Positions 51,328 to 62,280 are shown, counted from the first letter of the stretch. The stretch: DNA of 64,000 nucleotides from an uncultured archaeon (GCA_963810275.1 CAWENF010000014.1:41841-105840), one strand, 5' to 3'. Numbers and translations are program-made. Notes: generated by a model from the letters alone, not told the origin.

Positions 51328-54300
51328 TAGGCTGCTGGCACCTCCGACGGGAACTTGGCAGTCACAACGTTAGAGATGCCGTGGCGTTCATAAACACCAT
51401 ACACTTTCTGAGCTTTGTTAACCATCTCCGGGCGGAGACTAATTACTATGAACTGGGTTTTATCCGCCTCATCACGCAATGTCTCAGCAAGTTTGGCGGT
51501 GTGATAAGCGTCCAAGTGGGCGTCCACCTCGTCAAGGATGTAGAAAGCCGCAGGTGAGAATTCTTTTAGTGCGAAAATAAAAGCTACAGCCGAAATCGAG
51601 CGTTCCCCACCTGAGGCGCCGCTTACCACGATGCTGGGTTTGTCGGGAAATTGCACAAGCATATCGATGCCGCCGGTGAATGGTTCATCAGGGTTCTCCA
51701 ATTTCAGGGTGGCATTGCCGCCACCAGTCATCTTGTCAAAGTACAGGGTTAGGCTGGCGTTGATTTTGTCAAACGCAGTCATAAACACTTTGCGCTTTTT
51801 AGCTTCAATTTCATCCATAAAAGCGACTATGGCTTGTTTTTCTCGTTCCAACTCGTTTAAACGTACGGACAGTTCCCGGTAACGGCTGATTTGATCCACG
51901 TAGTGGTCGGCGGCAAGTTGGTTGATAGCGCCTATACGGTCAAGCTCGAATTGCATCATACGGATGGTGGTTTCTGCTGCTTGCACCTGTTGTGGCATAG
52001 TATCCAAGGGTTGCTCGTAGCCGTACTGGTTAAGCTGCGCCAACAGCTGCTGCAACCTTAGCTGGGCGGTTTCTAAAGAGACGTTAAGCTGGTTTTGGAG
52101 GCGATCTGCCTGCTCATATTCAGCGTCTAATGTGCGCAATTCGGCATCGATGACGTCGATTTGGGAAGTAAACTTTTTAGCTTCTTCACGGGCGGACAAC
52201 ACAGCAGTGGATAATTCGACGCGTGTCTTCTCCAACTCGTTAGTCTCGATCTGCACGGCATCCCGTTCGGCAGTGGCATCGGAGATTTCTTTTTGCAGCT
52301 TGGCCTGTTGTTGAGCAATCTTATCCACCTGAAGCTTAGCGTTCTTGTACCCGACACGTAGAACGTGGTCGAACTGGGATTGATTAGTGTTAATCTCCGT
52401 CTGCAACGAACCTATCCGTTGCCGAAGGGTGTTACCTTCTTCGCCGAGCTTTTCACGTTGCACTTCAAGCTCTTGGATGTGTGCCACGTCGGTTTTTAGC
52501 CGTAATACACCGATTTCTGTGTGAATTTTTTTGAGGCCGTTTTGGATGCTGTTGCGTTCGTTTCGGTAAACAGCCATACGCCCACGGAACGATTCGGCTT
52601 CACGCTGGAGTTTGTTGCCGTACTTGCCGATGTGGCGAATGTTTAGTTGGGTACGTTTGACACCTCTGCGAACGCGGATGATTTCCCGTTCTAAGGTAGC
52701 GATGCCATCTTGAAGGCGGGTCATCTCGATTTTTGATTGTTCAAGCTCCTCGTCAATGGTTTCGATGTCTGTGCCACGTTGGGTAAGGTGGGTTTGAAGG
52801 GCCTTCACAGCTTCATCTAGGCTTTTAAGCGCCGATTCGCTAGGAATTATGGTGGAGAAGTCTATGGGAGCGCGGTAATAGCCGCTTTCAAACGCTCCGG
52901 GCTCATATAGGTCGCCGTTAACGGTTACGGCGCGATACCCCTCGTTTGATAATGCGAAAGCGGTTCTGTCATTGGAGACCACGATGGTGTCACCAAACAC
53001 GTAGTTAACCGCCAAAGCATATTGACTGTCGTATTTCATGAAGCCTGAAATTACGCCTATGACACCTTCCCGTTTGGGGTTGGACTTGTTCTTGAGGTTA
53101 ATTGCGCCATGCAAGGGGATGATTTTGATTCTGCCCAATTTCATACGCCGAAGAGTCTCAGTGCATGTAAACGCTGTGTCAATGTCTTTTACGACGAGTG
53201 CGTCAAGCCAGCCTGTTGCAGCGGCTTCGATAGCTTTTTTAAAGCTACGGTCAATCTTGGTCAAACTACGCAGTCTACCGTGGATGCCGTTAATTGCGCC
53301 GACAGCCCCCATTTCCTCAACTGCACGCAGCGCCTTCTCTTCAGCCGCAATCGTCGCAGCCAAATCCCGCTGAGTAGCAAACTCGATGACGGCGTCTTTT
53401 GCACTTCCAGCAATTTTCTGCGCCTCAACAATCTCCCGCTCAACAGTCTCCTTCTGAATCTTTTTCTTCTCAATTATGTGTTCGAGGTTTTTTAGCTGCG
53501 CTTTCTGGTCGCACTGCACCTGCTCCAACTCGGAAAGGGACTTTTCGATTTCGGCGTGGCTTTGGACGAATTTTTCTTTGCGCACGTTGAGGTTTTTGAG
53601 TCTTCCAACGCAGAGCCGCAACGCCGCCTTATCCTGTTTGTATTCAGAACGCAAGAAAGCCAATCTGCGCACGTAGCCTTCAATTTGCCCTTCGAGGCGA
53701 CGGATTTGCTGGTTGTTCCCTTCCAAGCCCTCCCAGAGCCCTGCGGTTTCCTTGGCGATAGCTTCATGCTGAGTCTGCTTCTCAGCAAGTTCAACATCAA
53801 GTTTAATAAGTTCGCTTCGGAGCTGCCGAATTTTAAGTCGGTTTTCCTTAATTTCGTTTTGCAAAGTCTGATGTTGGTTGATGTTATTTTCTCTCACACG
53901 CTTAAAGCTATCAAAGCTTGCTTGCCCCGAGTTGATTTTAGAGTTCAACTCTGTAAGTTTGCTTTTGAGTTCGCCGATTTTAATCTGAACCTTAAGAATT
54001 TCGCTACCACCCTGCTCTAGACCTTCGCCGCTGAGTTTACGCCAATCTCCCTCGATTTCATGGCGTCGGTCACGGCGCAGGTCCCGATGCTCCCGCAGTT
54101 TATCCACTCGATCCTTGACTTTTACGGCTTGAGATGTAATTTCCTCGATTTTGGTGGATTGCTGGTTAATGTCACTTGAGATTTTGATAGCTTGGAACTT
54201 GCGGGTTTCCGCCTGAATAAAACTGTACCGCAAAAGCTGATTTCGCTCCCTCTCCAAGTCGTCAAGGCGCTTCTGAACCTCATCGATTCTGCCCATGGCG

Positions 54301-54881
54301 GTGCGGATCGAAATGTCGGCTGCTCGGAGCTTCTCTTCTGCCTCGGTTTTTTCGGAGTCGTACTGAGCGATGCCGATGAGATCTTCGATGATTTTTCTGC
54401 GTTCTTGAGAGGTCAAGTCGGTTAGTCGAGTGATCGTACCCTGCGGAAGGATGTTGTTGCTCATAGTACTAACTGCAGCCATTGAGAGGGTCTCAGTTAT
54501 CATGGTACGGCTCATGCGGCGCCCGTTGAGGCGGTAGACGCTTTGACCGTTGCGGTAAACTTCTCGCGAAATGGTCACCGTTGTAGTATCTACTGGCATT
54601 AAGCCATCGCTATTGTCGAATTGAACCACGACTTTAGCCATCTTAGCCTTGTCTAAACCCGCTTTTTCGGAGCCATGAAAAATCAGCTTTGCACTGTTCT
54701 CTGCTCTAAGTCGTCGGGTGCTAAGTTCTCCCAGAGAGAAAAGCAGGGCGTCCATGATGTTAGATTTGCCGCTTCCGTTGGGACCAGTTACTGCTGTGAA
54801 CCCCTTCTCGAAGTTGACCTTAACTGTTTGTGGCCCAAAAGACTTAAAGCCTTTTAACTCGATTTTTTTGATGTACGGCAC
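51327..54881 (-). CDS. smc: Chromosome segregation protein SMC
   Basis: GFKSF, GPNGSGKSN, hinge G..G.L..L, SGGE, ILDEVDAHLD. Confidence 0.97.
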   Translation of the reverse strand: MPYIKKIELKGFKSFGPQTVKVNFEKGFTAVTGPNGSGKSNIMDALLFSLGELSTRRLRAENSAKLIFHGSEKAGLDKAKMAKVVVQFDNSDGLMPVDTTTVTISREVYRNGQSVYRLNGRRMSRTMITETLSMAAVSTMSNNILPQGTITRLTDLTSQERRKIIEDLIGIAQYDSEKTEAEEKLRAADISIRTAMGRIDEVQKRLDDLERERNQLLRYSFIQAETRKFQAIKISSDINQQSTKIEEITSQAVKVKDRVDKLREHRDLRRDRRHEIEGDWRKLSGEGLEQGGSEILKVQIKIGELKSKLTELNSKINSGQASFDSFKRVRENNINQHQTLQNEIKENRLKIRQLRSELIKLDVELAEKQTQHEAIAKETAGLWEGLEGNNQQIRRLEGQIEGYVRRLAFLRSEYKQDKAALRLCVGRLKNLNVRKEKFVQSHAEIEKSLSELEQVQCDQKAQLKNLEHIIEKKKIQKETVEREIVEAQKIAGSAKDAVIEFATQRDLAATIAAEEKALRAVEEMGAVGAINGIHGRLRSLTKIDRSFKKAIEAAATGWLDALVVKDIDTAFTCTETLRRMKLGRIKIIPLHGAINLKNKSNPKREGVIGVISGFMKYDSQYALAVNYVFGDTIVVSNDRTAFALSNEGYRAVTVNGDLYEPGAFESGYYRAPIDFSTIIPSESALKSLDEAVKALQTHLTQRGTDIETIDEELEQSKIEMTRLQDGIATLEREIIRVRRGVKRTQLNIRHIGKYGNKLQREAESFRGRMAVYRNERNSIQNGLKKIHTEIGVLRLKTDVAHIQELEVQREKLGEEGNTLRQRIGSLQTEINTNQSQFDHVLRVGYKNAKLQVDKIAQQQAKLQKEISDATAERDAVQIETNELEKTRVELSTAVLSAREEAKKFTSQIDVIDAELRTLDAEYEQADRLQNQLNVSLETAQLRLQQLLAQLNQYGYEQPLDTMPQQVQAAETTIRMMQFELDRIGAINQLAADHYVDQISRYRELSVRLNELEREKQAIVAFMDEIEAKKRKVFMTAFDKINASLTLYFDKMTGGGNATLKLENPDEPFTGGIDMLVQFPDKPSIVVSGASGGERSISAVAFIFALKEFSPAAFYILDEVDAHLDAYHTAKLAETLRDEADKTQFIVISLRPEMVNKAQKVYGVYERHGISNVVTAKFPSEVPAA

Positions 54882-55359
54882 TTAGCCTTTTACCCCTCTC
54901 ACGGAAACGCTTGATGTTTTTTAAAACATCCATCAGTATCAAACGTATAAAAGCTTATACATATGTTGGTTGCGTTTATACTCCTGTTCTGGTAAAGGTT
55001 AAGCGTTAGAAAACCTTTTAGGTTTTTTGTAGAAATGAACCTGTTCGCCAGTAACAGTTAATTCGCCATATTTTTGCCATCCCGGCATGGGCTGCTTCTT
55101 GACTTAATCAATGGTTTTGACGCTTGTGACTTCAAATTCATAATCTTCGAAATTCAGCGTCTGGATGTACTTCATTCGACAAATGAAGTCCCTTCAATAG
55201 TTGAGAGCATAGGTAGAGAGAAAGGCCAAATTATTTTTATTTTGTTTTTTATAGTTCTGATCTATTTGCTTCCCTCTAAATCCCTGAATTCCGTGAAGAT
55301 CTTCGGGGCTGGCTGCAAAGTTTAATTAGAGATCGCAGCGGTACCTTTTGGGGATTTCA

Positions 55360-55593
55360 ATGTCTGAAGCATACGTATTGATCAATGTTGGATCAGGATC
55401 GGAAGACAAAGTGTTAAACGAAATCAAAAAAACCCAAGGCGTAAAAGAAGTCTACGTTTCCTACGGCGTCTACGATTTAGTCGTCAAAGTTGCCGCCGAC
55501 TCAGCAGAAGAAATGAAAGAAACCGTAACACATCGACTAAGAAACATCAACGGCGTAGTTTCAACTTTAACTTTAACAGTCATCGAACAGTAA
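55360..55593 (+). CDS. Stand-alone Lrp/AsnC ligand-binding (RAM) domain protein
   Basis: AYVLIN, V..SYGVYDLVVKV, VVSTLTL. Confidence 0.88.
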   Translation: MSEAYVLINVGSGSEDKVLNEIKKTQGVKEVYVSYGVYDLVVKVAADSAEEMKETVTHRLRNINGVVSTLTLTVIEQ

Positions 55594-56247
55594 TAGTCTG
55601 AACGGAGCCTCAGAAACCGAAAAATCGTTCAAAAAATCCACTTAGTCAGAAATTAAAACTACCCAAGCACCAGTCTTGGGTACGCGGGCGATCCAAAAAT
55701 TTTCTGGAATTTTTTCGGTATCAACTTCTTCAATGATTCATTGATTGGGCATAGCCAAAAATAGAAAGATGTAGATTGCTTAATCAACGAATTTATTCTT
55801 CTTGGTAATAATCGCAGTCGCAATCTTCATCGTAACGGCAATCATTATCTTCTTCTTCAAAAATCATGAATAAGCTTATCTATGGAACATTTTTTTGAAT
55901 TTAATAGGCTTTTCGACATTCATCGAAAATTTTGATTCTAGAGATGATAACAAAAAAGTATAGAAACAAGGAGAAAAAGAAAGATTGTGCTATGTGTTTT
56001 TTTACCTAAAGCAAATAGTCATCAAGAGTAGTGCGTTGCAAAGTTAACACTTAACTTTAATTTTAATGGCGAAATCAACTTTGAACGCCCACAAACAAAT
56101 ACATAACTCCATGTTGTTTAAAAGTTTTATATATACTTAGACACATTTGCTATGAAGATTCAAAATTCATAACACCTTTATTTTCATACCGTCCAATTAA
56201 CAGTAAAAACAGCTCTGAGACTAAACACTAAAGGGCACAGTATCGAG

Positions 56248-56622
56248 ATGAAATCGTTGGGTGAAAAAGACAGGGACCAAAACTATGAGGCAATTCTACT
56301 GCAATCGATAGATGAAGCCTTACTAACCCTGGGAGAAAACGTTCGATTATCAATCTACTTCCATCTTCAAACAAAATTCGGTCTCCCCAAGAACGAAATC
56401 CCTAACCAATCAGTGGAGTTCTCAGATGCCCTAGACAAAATTTTTGGGGAAGCTTCGAGAAAAATTGAAATTCTCATAATGAAGTTCCTAAACGAAAAAG
56501 TGCAATGCAAATACAAGTGGACGGGTCCAAATTGGCTGGTTCCTAACTTAACTTTTGAAGACTACTTAAAAATGGTAAAGGTCAAATTGGAAAGTGAGAA
56601 AAGCAAGCAGAGGCGCAGCTAA
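56248..56622 (+). CDS. DUF3227/NitrOD5-like small protein
   Basis: IDEAL..LG......IYFHL...FGL...EIP....F..AL..IFG....IE. Confidence 0.65.
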   Translation: MKSLGEKDRDQNYEAILLQSIDEALLTLGENVRLSIYFHLQTKFGLPKNEIPNQSVEFSDALDKIFGEASRKIEILIMKFLNEKVQCKYKWTGPNWLVPNLTFEDYLKMVKVKLESEKSKQRRS

Positions 56623-56925
56623 ATGGAGGAGGGCAAGCGGGTCAGAAAACAAAGTGACACCTTCATCACGTTAATTATTCTGCTGGATTTAAAAAACAAC
56701 ATTGTATCGATTAACCACGCCAGTAAGGTATGCATCAGAATAAAGAAAGAGGAATTCACAGGAATAAGCCCGTTCAGAAAAGGGTTATTTGGAGAGAGAG
56801 AAACCGTCATGGAAATCCACGGCGAAACCATAACGGTTCAAGCGGTAAAACCTAGGGCACGAATTTCAAGTTATACTTACCTTTTGAACATAAAACAAAA
56901 GGAGGAGGTGAAAATGCATGGATAA
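56623..56925 (+). CDS. Hypothetical, possibly PAS-like fragment
   Basis: LDLKNNIVSINHA...EE..G; overlaps the response regulator start. Confidence 0.4.
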   Translation: MEEGKRVRKQSDTFITLIILLDLKNNIVSINHASKVCIRIKKEEFTGISPFRKGLFGERETVMEIHGETITVQAVKPRARISSYTYLLNIKQKEEVKMHG

Positions 56926-57370
56926 ACATCCCCGAATCCTCGTTGTCGACGACGACGAAACTATCCGCACAACCATGAAAGTTATACTGCAAGACGAAGG
57001 CTACATAGTGGACCTCGCTGCTACAGGCAAAGAAGCCATCCAAAAAACTCAAGAGGAAACTTACAACATCGCACTCTTAGACATCAGACTACCCGATATG
57101 GAAGGCGTAGAACTTCTTAAAATGCTCAAAGACGGCGTGCCCCGAACCCGCAAAATCATGGTCACCGGCTACCCGTCAATGCAAAACGCTATTTCCGCTT
57201 TAAACAAAAACGCAGACGCATACTTACTAAAACCCGTCGACGTCGAGAAACTGTTGGCAACTGTGAAACAGCAGCTTTATGCTCAGGAGAGCGATCGTAA
57301 ATTCAGCGAAGAGAAAGTAGCTGAATTCATCGAAAGCAGAGTTAAAGAAGTCTCCACAGGCAATCTCTAA
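56918..57370 (+). CDS. Response regulator receiver (REC-only, short C-tail)
   Basis: ILVVDDD, LLDIRLPDMEG, MVTGY, YLLKP. Confidence 0.92.
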   Translation: MDKHPRILVVDDDETIRTTMKVILQDEGYIVDLAATGKEAIQKTQEETYNIALLDIRLPDMEGVELLKMLKDGVPRTRKIMVTGYPSMQNAISALNKNADAYLLKPVDVEKLLATVKQQLYAQESDRKFSEEKVAEFIESRVKEVSTGNL

Positions 57371-57545
57371 GCTGCCTTAACACATACCTTTCCTTTTTAT
57401 TTTTGGTGTATGCTGTTTTGTAGCTGAGTTTAGCCGTCGGTTGGCGTCGTTTTTTAAGAAGACTATCACCCATTTATAAGTGGTTGTGAGAGCAGAAAAT
57501 TTTTATCTCCCCGTGTGTTGGTCTCAGGGTACAGGTTAAAGAAAT

Positions 57546-57770
57546 ATGAGTTTTGGAAACATTAGGATGCTTAGCGGCGTTCAAGAAGTGCTTTCATTGG
57601 TGCTGATGATAGTGGCTATGATGGCTGTTATTTACCTGCCGGACATTGATTTAATGGTCAGGGTCGGCATCGCCGTGTTCGCTTTTGCAGTGATTATGCT
57701 AGTAAACTTGGCTACAGCGCTACTTAAGCAGCAGAAGGAAATTAGAGAGCGCCAAATGAAGCAGGCGTAA
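57546..57770 (+). CDS. Small two-TM membrane protein
   Basis: Two hydrophobic helices plus charged tail. Confidence 0.6.
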   Translation: MSFGNIRMLSGVQEVLSLVLMIVAMMAVIYLPDIDLMVRVGIAVFAFAVIMLVNLATALLKQQKEIRERQMKQA

Positions 57771-57894
57771 CCCTTCAGTTTTTAGCTTTCAGTTTCAGTT
57801 ACCTCCCCCCTCCATGGCGTGGTCTTTTCCTCGATGCTTTAAATAGACAAAACAGGCGATACTTTGCCAATATAACAGTTGGAGACACCAAGCC

Positions 57895-58608
57895 GTGATG
57901 CAAAACATAATAGTTAAGCCCCAGATGGCACAGCAGAAATTCACATTCAACACTCTAGAAGTAGACGACCTCTACCCAGGATTCACCCCTGGAGAATTCG
58001 CTGTCATCCACGGCTCAAACAGCGTCTCAATACTCTCCGCCATGCTCTGCGTCCGGGCACAGCTACCCACTCAGCTAGGCGGGTTAAGCGGCAACGTAAT
58101 CTACATCGACTGTGCAAACACCTTTTCAGCCGACAAAATCGCACGCTATGCCCAAACCAATCACCTCAACCCCCACGGCGTACGCCAACGAATCTACAAC
58201 TTTAGTGCATTCACCGCCTACCAACTCACCTCTCTAATAGTTGATAAGCTGGAAGAAAAACTGCTTAGCTGCAACGCAAAACTCGTCATAGTCTCAGACA
58301 TCGCAAACTTGTTCATCGACAACGCTTTCCCAAAAGAAGAAACTCAGCGGGCATACGGACAAATCATCACTTACCTCGCGAATTTAGCCCTCAAACACCA
58401 AATCATAGTAATAGCCACCTACCCGTCTCACGAGGGCAGCGCAAGAAACATTGCCCTAAAAGAAATGACGCTTAGCAAAGCAGATACGGTGTTGTCATAC
58501 TACAAGTCCCCCTACACCGCCGAGTTGAATTTAGAGAAGCACCCAACCTACATGCTGGGTACCGTTGAACCTCCTACTGAGAATATGTCGCTCACAGCGT
58601 TTTTTTAG
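57895..58608 (+). CDS. RecA/RadA-superfamily protein with degenerate Walker A
   Basis: D.L.PGF.PGE...I.G, QL..Q.GGL.G.VIYIDCANTF, LVIVSD; GKT absent. Confidence 0.75.
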   Translation: MMQNIIVKPQMAQQKFTFNTLEVDDLYPGFTPGEFAVIHGSNSVSILSAMLCVRAQLPTQLGGLSGNVIYIDCANTFSADKIARYAQTNHLNPHGVRQRIYNFSAFTAYQLTSLIVDKLEEKLLSCNAKLVIVSDIANLFIDNAFPKEETQRAYGQIITYLANLALKHQIIVIATYPSHEGSARNIALKEMTLSKADTVLSYYKSPYTAELNLEKHPTYMLGTVEPPTENMSLTAFF

Positions 58609-59469
58609 CCACAAAACCCCTTAGTGACCCTTACGATGTTCAGGATAAGCATAACTGCTCCGCAGGTTGCTTCTCTTCTGTTTTTTGCATAGTCCATCCG
58701 CCACATCCCAGTGGGCAACTGTTTTCCAGCCAGCAAAGCCCCCTCTGGATATTTAAATCATCCTTAACCTAGCCAATCTGCATCAATATTTCAAGTACGG
58801 TAAGAATGTTGGCCACCAGAACATAAAGCGTATCCAGTATCGAGCAGCCTGATATGAAGTGTAAAAAGTGAGGCTGAAAAAAGATGGCTTTAATTAACAT
58901 CAGAAGTATTGCCATCGCGTAGTAGATGAAACACGGGTTAGCGAGCATACGGATGTCTCTTTCTGATGTTTGATTGCTGAAAAGGTACATTGATGACTAC
59001 TCCACCGTCGGGTGCTAACTTGCTAGTTCATATCGTTTAAATAGAATGCAAAAGTTTCTCGATGTTTCCGCGAGTTCGCGTTGCTTTTCTGGGTAAGTGA
59101 CGGGTTTTTTCCGTCGTGCTTCTATGAACCTTCTGGCTGATGCTTGGGAATTATTCGCTGGACGTAGGCAGCTACCAAATTACTGTTATTGACACGACTG
59201 CTTCTTCTTGCAGGTCGCGGTGCGAAGTATTCTAAGGCTTTGTCCTTTGGATAGCAGGACAGGTAGGATGTCGGTTTTTAGTTCTTGTATCCAAGGTTGG
59301 GCAAAAATGCGTAGGAGGTAAGCGAACAGCTTATTGTCAATATAGCGCACCTGATGCATCGAAAACAAAATAAATCGAGCGGATGGAATTTAGCTTTTGA
59401 TTCACTGAAAAGACGCAATAGCCATATAGCAGTTGATTGGAAAATAAAAGTGAAATGGGTTGGGGAAGT

Positions 59470-59700
59470 TTAATAGAAGTTTCGGGCTTCTTTTCGTTTC
59501 TCAGCTTCCTCATAGAAGCGAAGAACTTCATCAATGATTTCGACGTTGGAGAGCAGCATACGCCTGCAACAGTACCGTTTAATTCCGAGGCTGTCAAGCA
59601 CGTCGCTTGCGTTCTCGCCAGTCTTTATGCGCCGAGTGAATTCGTCCCATCGGTCTCCAACCAACTTGCCGCAGGTGAAGCATCTAACTGGGATAATCAC
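59470..59700 (-). CDS. rpoN: RNA polymerase subunit N (Rpo10)
   Basis: [12 protein letters not shown]...RYCCRRM. Confidence 0.97.
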   Translation of the reverse strand: MIIPVRCFTCGKLVGDRWDEFTRRIKTGENASDVLDSLGIKRYCCRRMLLSNVEIIDEVLRFYEEAEKRKEARNFY

Positions 59701-59713
59701 TTTCTTCTATCTC

Positions 59714-60130
59714 CTACCTGTACGATTTCTGTTCCTTGGAACGTGCGCCTGATCCGCCCACTTTCTTTGTTTCTTTAGCTCTGCTATCGCCAGCAACCAT
59801 TGTACGGTCATATTCATTGAATACTGTACGCAGATGGCTGCTTTTGGTCCATTTGAGAAGACCATTGGCTATTGCCATGCGCGCTGCTTCTGCTTGCCCC
59901 ATGTAGCCGCCGCCACTTGTCCTGACGTCCATATCGACTTGTTGCCATACATCGCCGCCAGCTTGGAGAAGAGGCTCCATGATTTTAGCTTTGGCAATAT
60001 CTGGTGCATAAATTTCAACTGGAGTTAGGTTTATGCGGACTTTACCGACGCCTTGCCGTATGATGGCACGAGCGACTGCTGTTTTACGTTTTCCACTTAC
60101 TACTAAAACTTTTTTTGTTGTTGTTGGCAT
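59714..60130 (-). CDS. rps9: 30S ribosomal protein S9
   Basis: SGKRKTAVARA, GGGYMGQAEA, D.R..E.KK.GG.GAR..QKSYR; start taken at ATG 60130. Confidence 0.95.
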   Translation of the reverse strand: MPTTTKKVLVVSGKRKTAVARAIIRQGVGKVRINLTPVEIYAPDIAKAKIMEPLLQAGGDVWQQVDMDVRTSGGGYMGQAEAARMAIANGLLKWTKSSHLRTVFNEYDRTMVAGDSRAKETKKVGGSGARSKEQKSYR

Positions 60131-60135
60131 AATAA

Positions 60136-60586
60136 TTACTCCATCCTGTTTCTCCACCCAATTTCTTTTGCCATTTCAGCAAGGGTGAAGTGTGGCCCTT
60201 TAAGGTTTGCTACTTGAGCTTCATCAAATTGGATCATTGGTTTATCTTTGAATTCTGCTGGAACACCCAGAGTATGCCTTGAGGTGTTTGTAGGCATTTT
60301 TACCTTTCGCCTGTTTCATTGGAAGCATACCACGGAAACTTTTGCGCAGGAACCGATCAGGTCGGCGGTAGTGGAATGGTCCACGGGCGGGTGCACCGAC
60401 TTCTAGGAAAAGATGTTGTTCAGCAATTTTGCTCTTTCGTTTACCTGAGAAAACTGCTTTTTCAGCGTTTAGGATGATTACTTCTTCACCGTTAAGAAGC
60501 ATTTTAGCTACTTTGCTGCCCATACGGCCGACAATTTGACCTTCAGCGTTCACAAAAGTAACTGCAGATTTTGTTGTTGTTTGCAT
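60136..60586 (-). CDS. rpl13: 50S ribosomal protein L13, frameshift about 60271
   Basis: GRMGSKVAK.LL.GE.V..LNAE, GP...RRPD; shifted frame continues GVP...KEIGW. Confidence 0.9.
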
Positions 60587-60594
60587 TTCTGGTT

Positions 60595-60957
60595 TCACCG
60601 GATAAGTTTTACGTTTGAGCCTTTGGGGTTTTGTGCTAAGAGCTCTTGGATTGTGATGCACTTGGATTTTGCCGCTTCCAGTTTGGTTTTAGCAGATTCT
60701 GAAGCCTCAAAAGCTGCCACTGTTACTGCGTGGTCCAGTGCACCTGAAGCCAGCACTTTGCCTGGAACAACCACTACACCGTCTTTCTCGCTGTGCCTGT
60801 TTACGTTGCTCAGGTTGACGGCGACACGTTGTCTACGTGTGTGAGCAAGATAGTCTGCTACGTCAGCCCAGATTGGAGCTTCCTGTTCTTTGCTAGTTTT
60901 ACGTAGGAGACGGATGACTTCGATTAGTTGTGGATTGGTGGTTTTGGTTTCTCTCAT
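60595..60957 (-). CDS. rpl18e: 50S ribosomal protein L18e
   Basis: TNPQL, VNLS.VNR, VPGKVL.SG. Confidence 0.95.
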   Translation of the reverse strand: MRETKTTNPQLIEVIRLLRKTSKEQEAPIWADVADYLAHTRRQRVAVNLSNVNRHSEKDGVVVVPGKVLASGALDHAVTVAAFEASESAKTKLEAAKSKCITIQELLAQNPKGSNVKLIR

Positions 60958-61781
60958 TGTTGTTCAGCCTTGATTTGTTCTTCAAACTCGTTTAGTTGTT
61001 TACCTAACAATTTCGATGCTTCTTTGAGTACCCGTTCAGGGGGAAGAGCACCTGAAGATTCAACATTCATGATGAATTGACCTTTCTCCCACTCAACATT
61101 CAATGGGGAAGGCTTCTGTGGGCAAGCTTCAACGCAGTCCATGCAAAGTGTACATGCCAGCAGGTCTTTGACTTCCACCTTGTCGTCTTTCATCTGGAAG
61201 ACTTTTTTAGGACAGATTTCAACGCATTTCTGACAGTCGGTGCATTTTTCTGCGGGAACGTTGATTTTAGGGTAGTATTTGTATGCGCACATAGAGACAG
61301 GTTGCCACTTAGCGTGGGTTTTGCCTCGTCCAAGGCGCGCGTATGCTTCAAGCTTAAGCTTCTGGTTTTTTGCCAGTTTAATTATTGGAACTTTATCGGA
61401 TACTGGGAGAACCTCGGGGTTTTCGGAGACAATTTCGCCGCTGTAAACTGTGCGTGTGCCTTCTTGGGCTTCAGCATCCAACGTTAGAGTTACTCTGCAT
61501 TGTGGGCAGCCGAATTCGCTTTGGCATTCGCATTCTTCTGACAAATTGTATGTGTCGAGGTTTGTCCTAAGCGGAGTCAAACCCAAGCGGTGGGCGATGA
61601 TTTCGTCTTGCAGAATCGAGGTGTTCTCAATCATAACGACTTCTTCGATTGCCATGCATGGGACTTCAGCAAGCGCTAGACGCCTCAGTGCATTCATTAA
61701 GGGAACATCCGCGTCTTTAACAACTATGCGGAGGTTGATATCGTCTTTTTCTAAGATTTCAATTTTCACTTGCTGAGACAC
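60954..61781 (-). CDS. rpoD: RNA polymerase subunit D (Rpo3) with ferredoxin-like Fe-S insert
   Basis: NALRR..L.EVP, E..AHRLGL.P, G.GK.HAKWQP, C..C..C...CP twice. Confidence 0.95.
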   Translation of the reverse strand: MSQQVKIEILEKDDINLRIVVKDADVPLMNALRRLALAEVPCMAIEEVVMIENTSILQDEIIAHRLGLTPLRTNLDTYNLSEECECQSEFGCPQCRVTLTLDAEAQEGTRTVYSGEIVSENPEVLPVSDKVPIIKLAKNQKLKLEAYARLGRGKTHAKWQPVSMCAYKYYPKINVPAEKCTDCQKCVEICPKKVFQMKDDKVEVKDLLACTLCMDCVEACPQKPSPLNVEWEKGQFIMNVESSGALPPERVLKEASKLLGKQLNEFEEQIKAEQQ

Positions 61782-61869
61782 TCCAATAAGCTTCCTAATT
61801 TGGCTGTGCGGTCAATAGGATATTTCGGTGCATTATTTGTATTTTTCCCTTAAAATGGGAGAGAAGAGG

Positions 61870-62280
61870 TTAGACTCTTCTGCCTCTTCTGCCGCCGGGT
61901 CGTCTTGTGCCGTCGTGCGGAATAGGCGTAACTTCTTCAATGCGTTCAATGCGGAATCCGAAACGTGCCAGCGCCCTGATGGCTGCCTGCGCACCTGGAC
62001 CAGGAGTTCTGGGACCAGAACCACCTGGTGCTCGAACTTTAATGTGGATTGCAGTGACGCCCTTGTCACGTGCGATTTCTGCTGCTCCAGTGGCTGCTCT
62101 CATGGCTGCGTATGGTGAAGATTCCATGCGGTCAGCTTTGACGAACATGCCGCCTGTGGTGCGAGCGATTGTTTCTGCGCCTGATATGTCTGTTATGTGG
62201 ATTAGGGTGTTGTTGTATGAGCTAAAAATGTGGACTATGCCCCATTTCTCACTACGTTTACTGTTTGTCATGTTGCTCAA
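61870..62280 (-). CDS. rps11: 30S ribosomal protein S11
   Basis: [33 protein letters not shown]. Confidence 0.97.
   Translation of the reverse strand: MSNMTNSKRSEKWGIVHIFSSYNNTLIHITDISGAETIARTTGGMFVKADRMESSPYAAMRAATGAAEIARDKGVTAIHIKVRAPGGSGPRTPGPGAQAAIRALARFGFRIERIEEVTPIPHDGTRRPGGRRGRRV

Noticed and set aside
55793-55867. Minus-strand 24-aa acidic Cys peptide MIFEEEDNDCRYDEDCDCDYYQEE (RiPP/metal-binding-like)
   Set aside because: It is the antisense of a + strand hydrophobic helix (FFLVIIAVAIFIVTAIIIFFFK), probably a small frameshifted membrane ORF; no modifying enzymes nearby
58620-59450. Short minus-strand ORFs between the RadA paralog and rpoN
   Set aside because: Stop-riddled with no recognisable motif; possibly a decayed gene but unsupported
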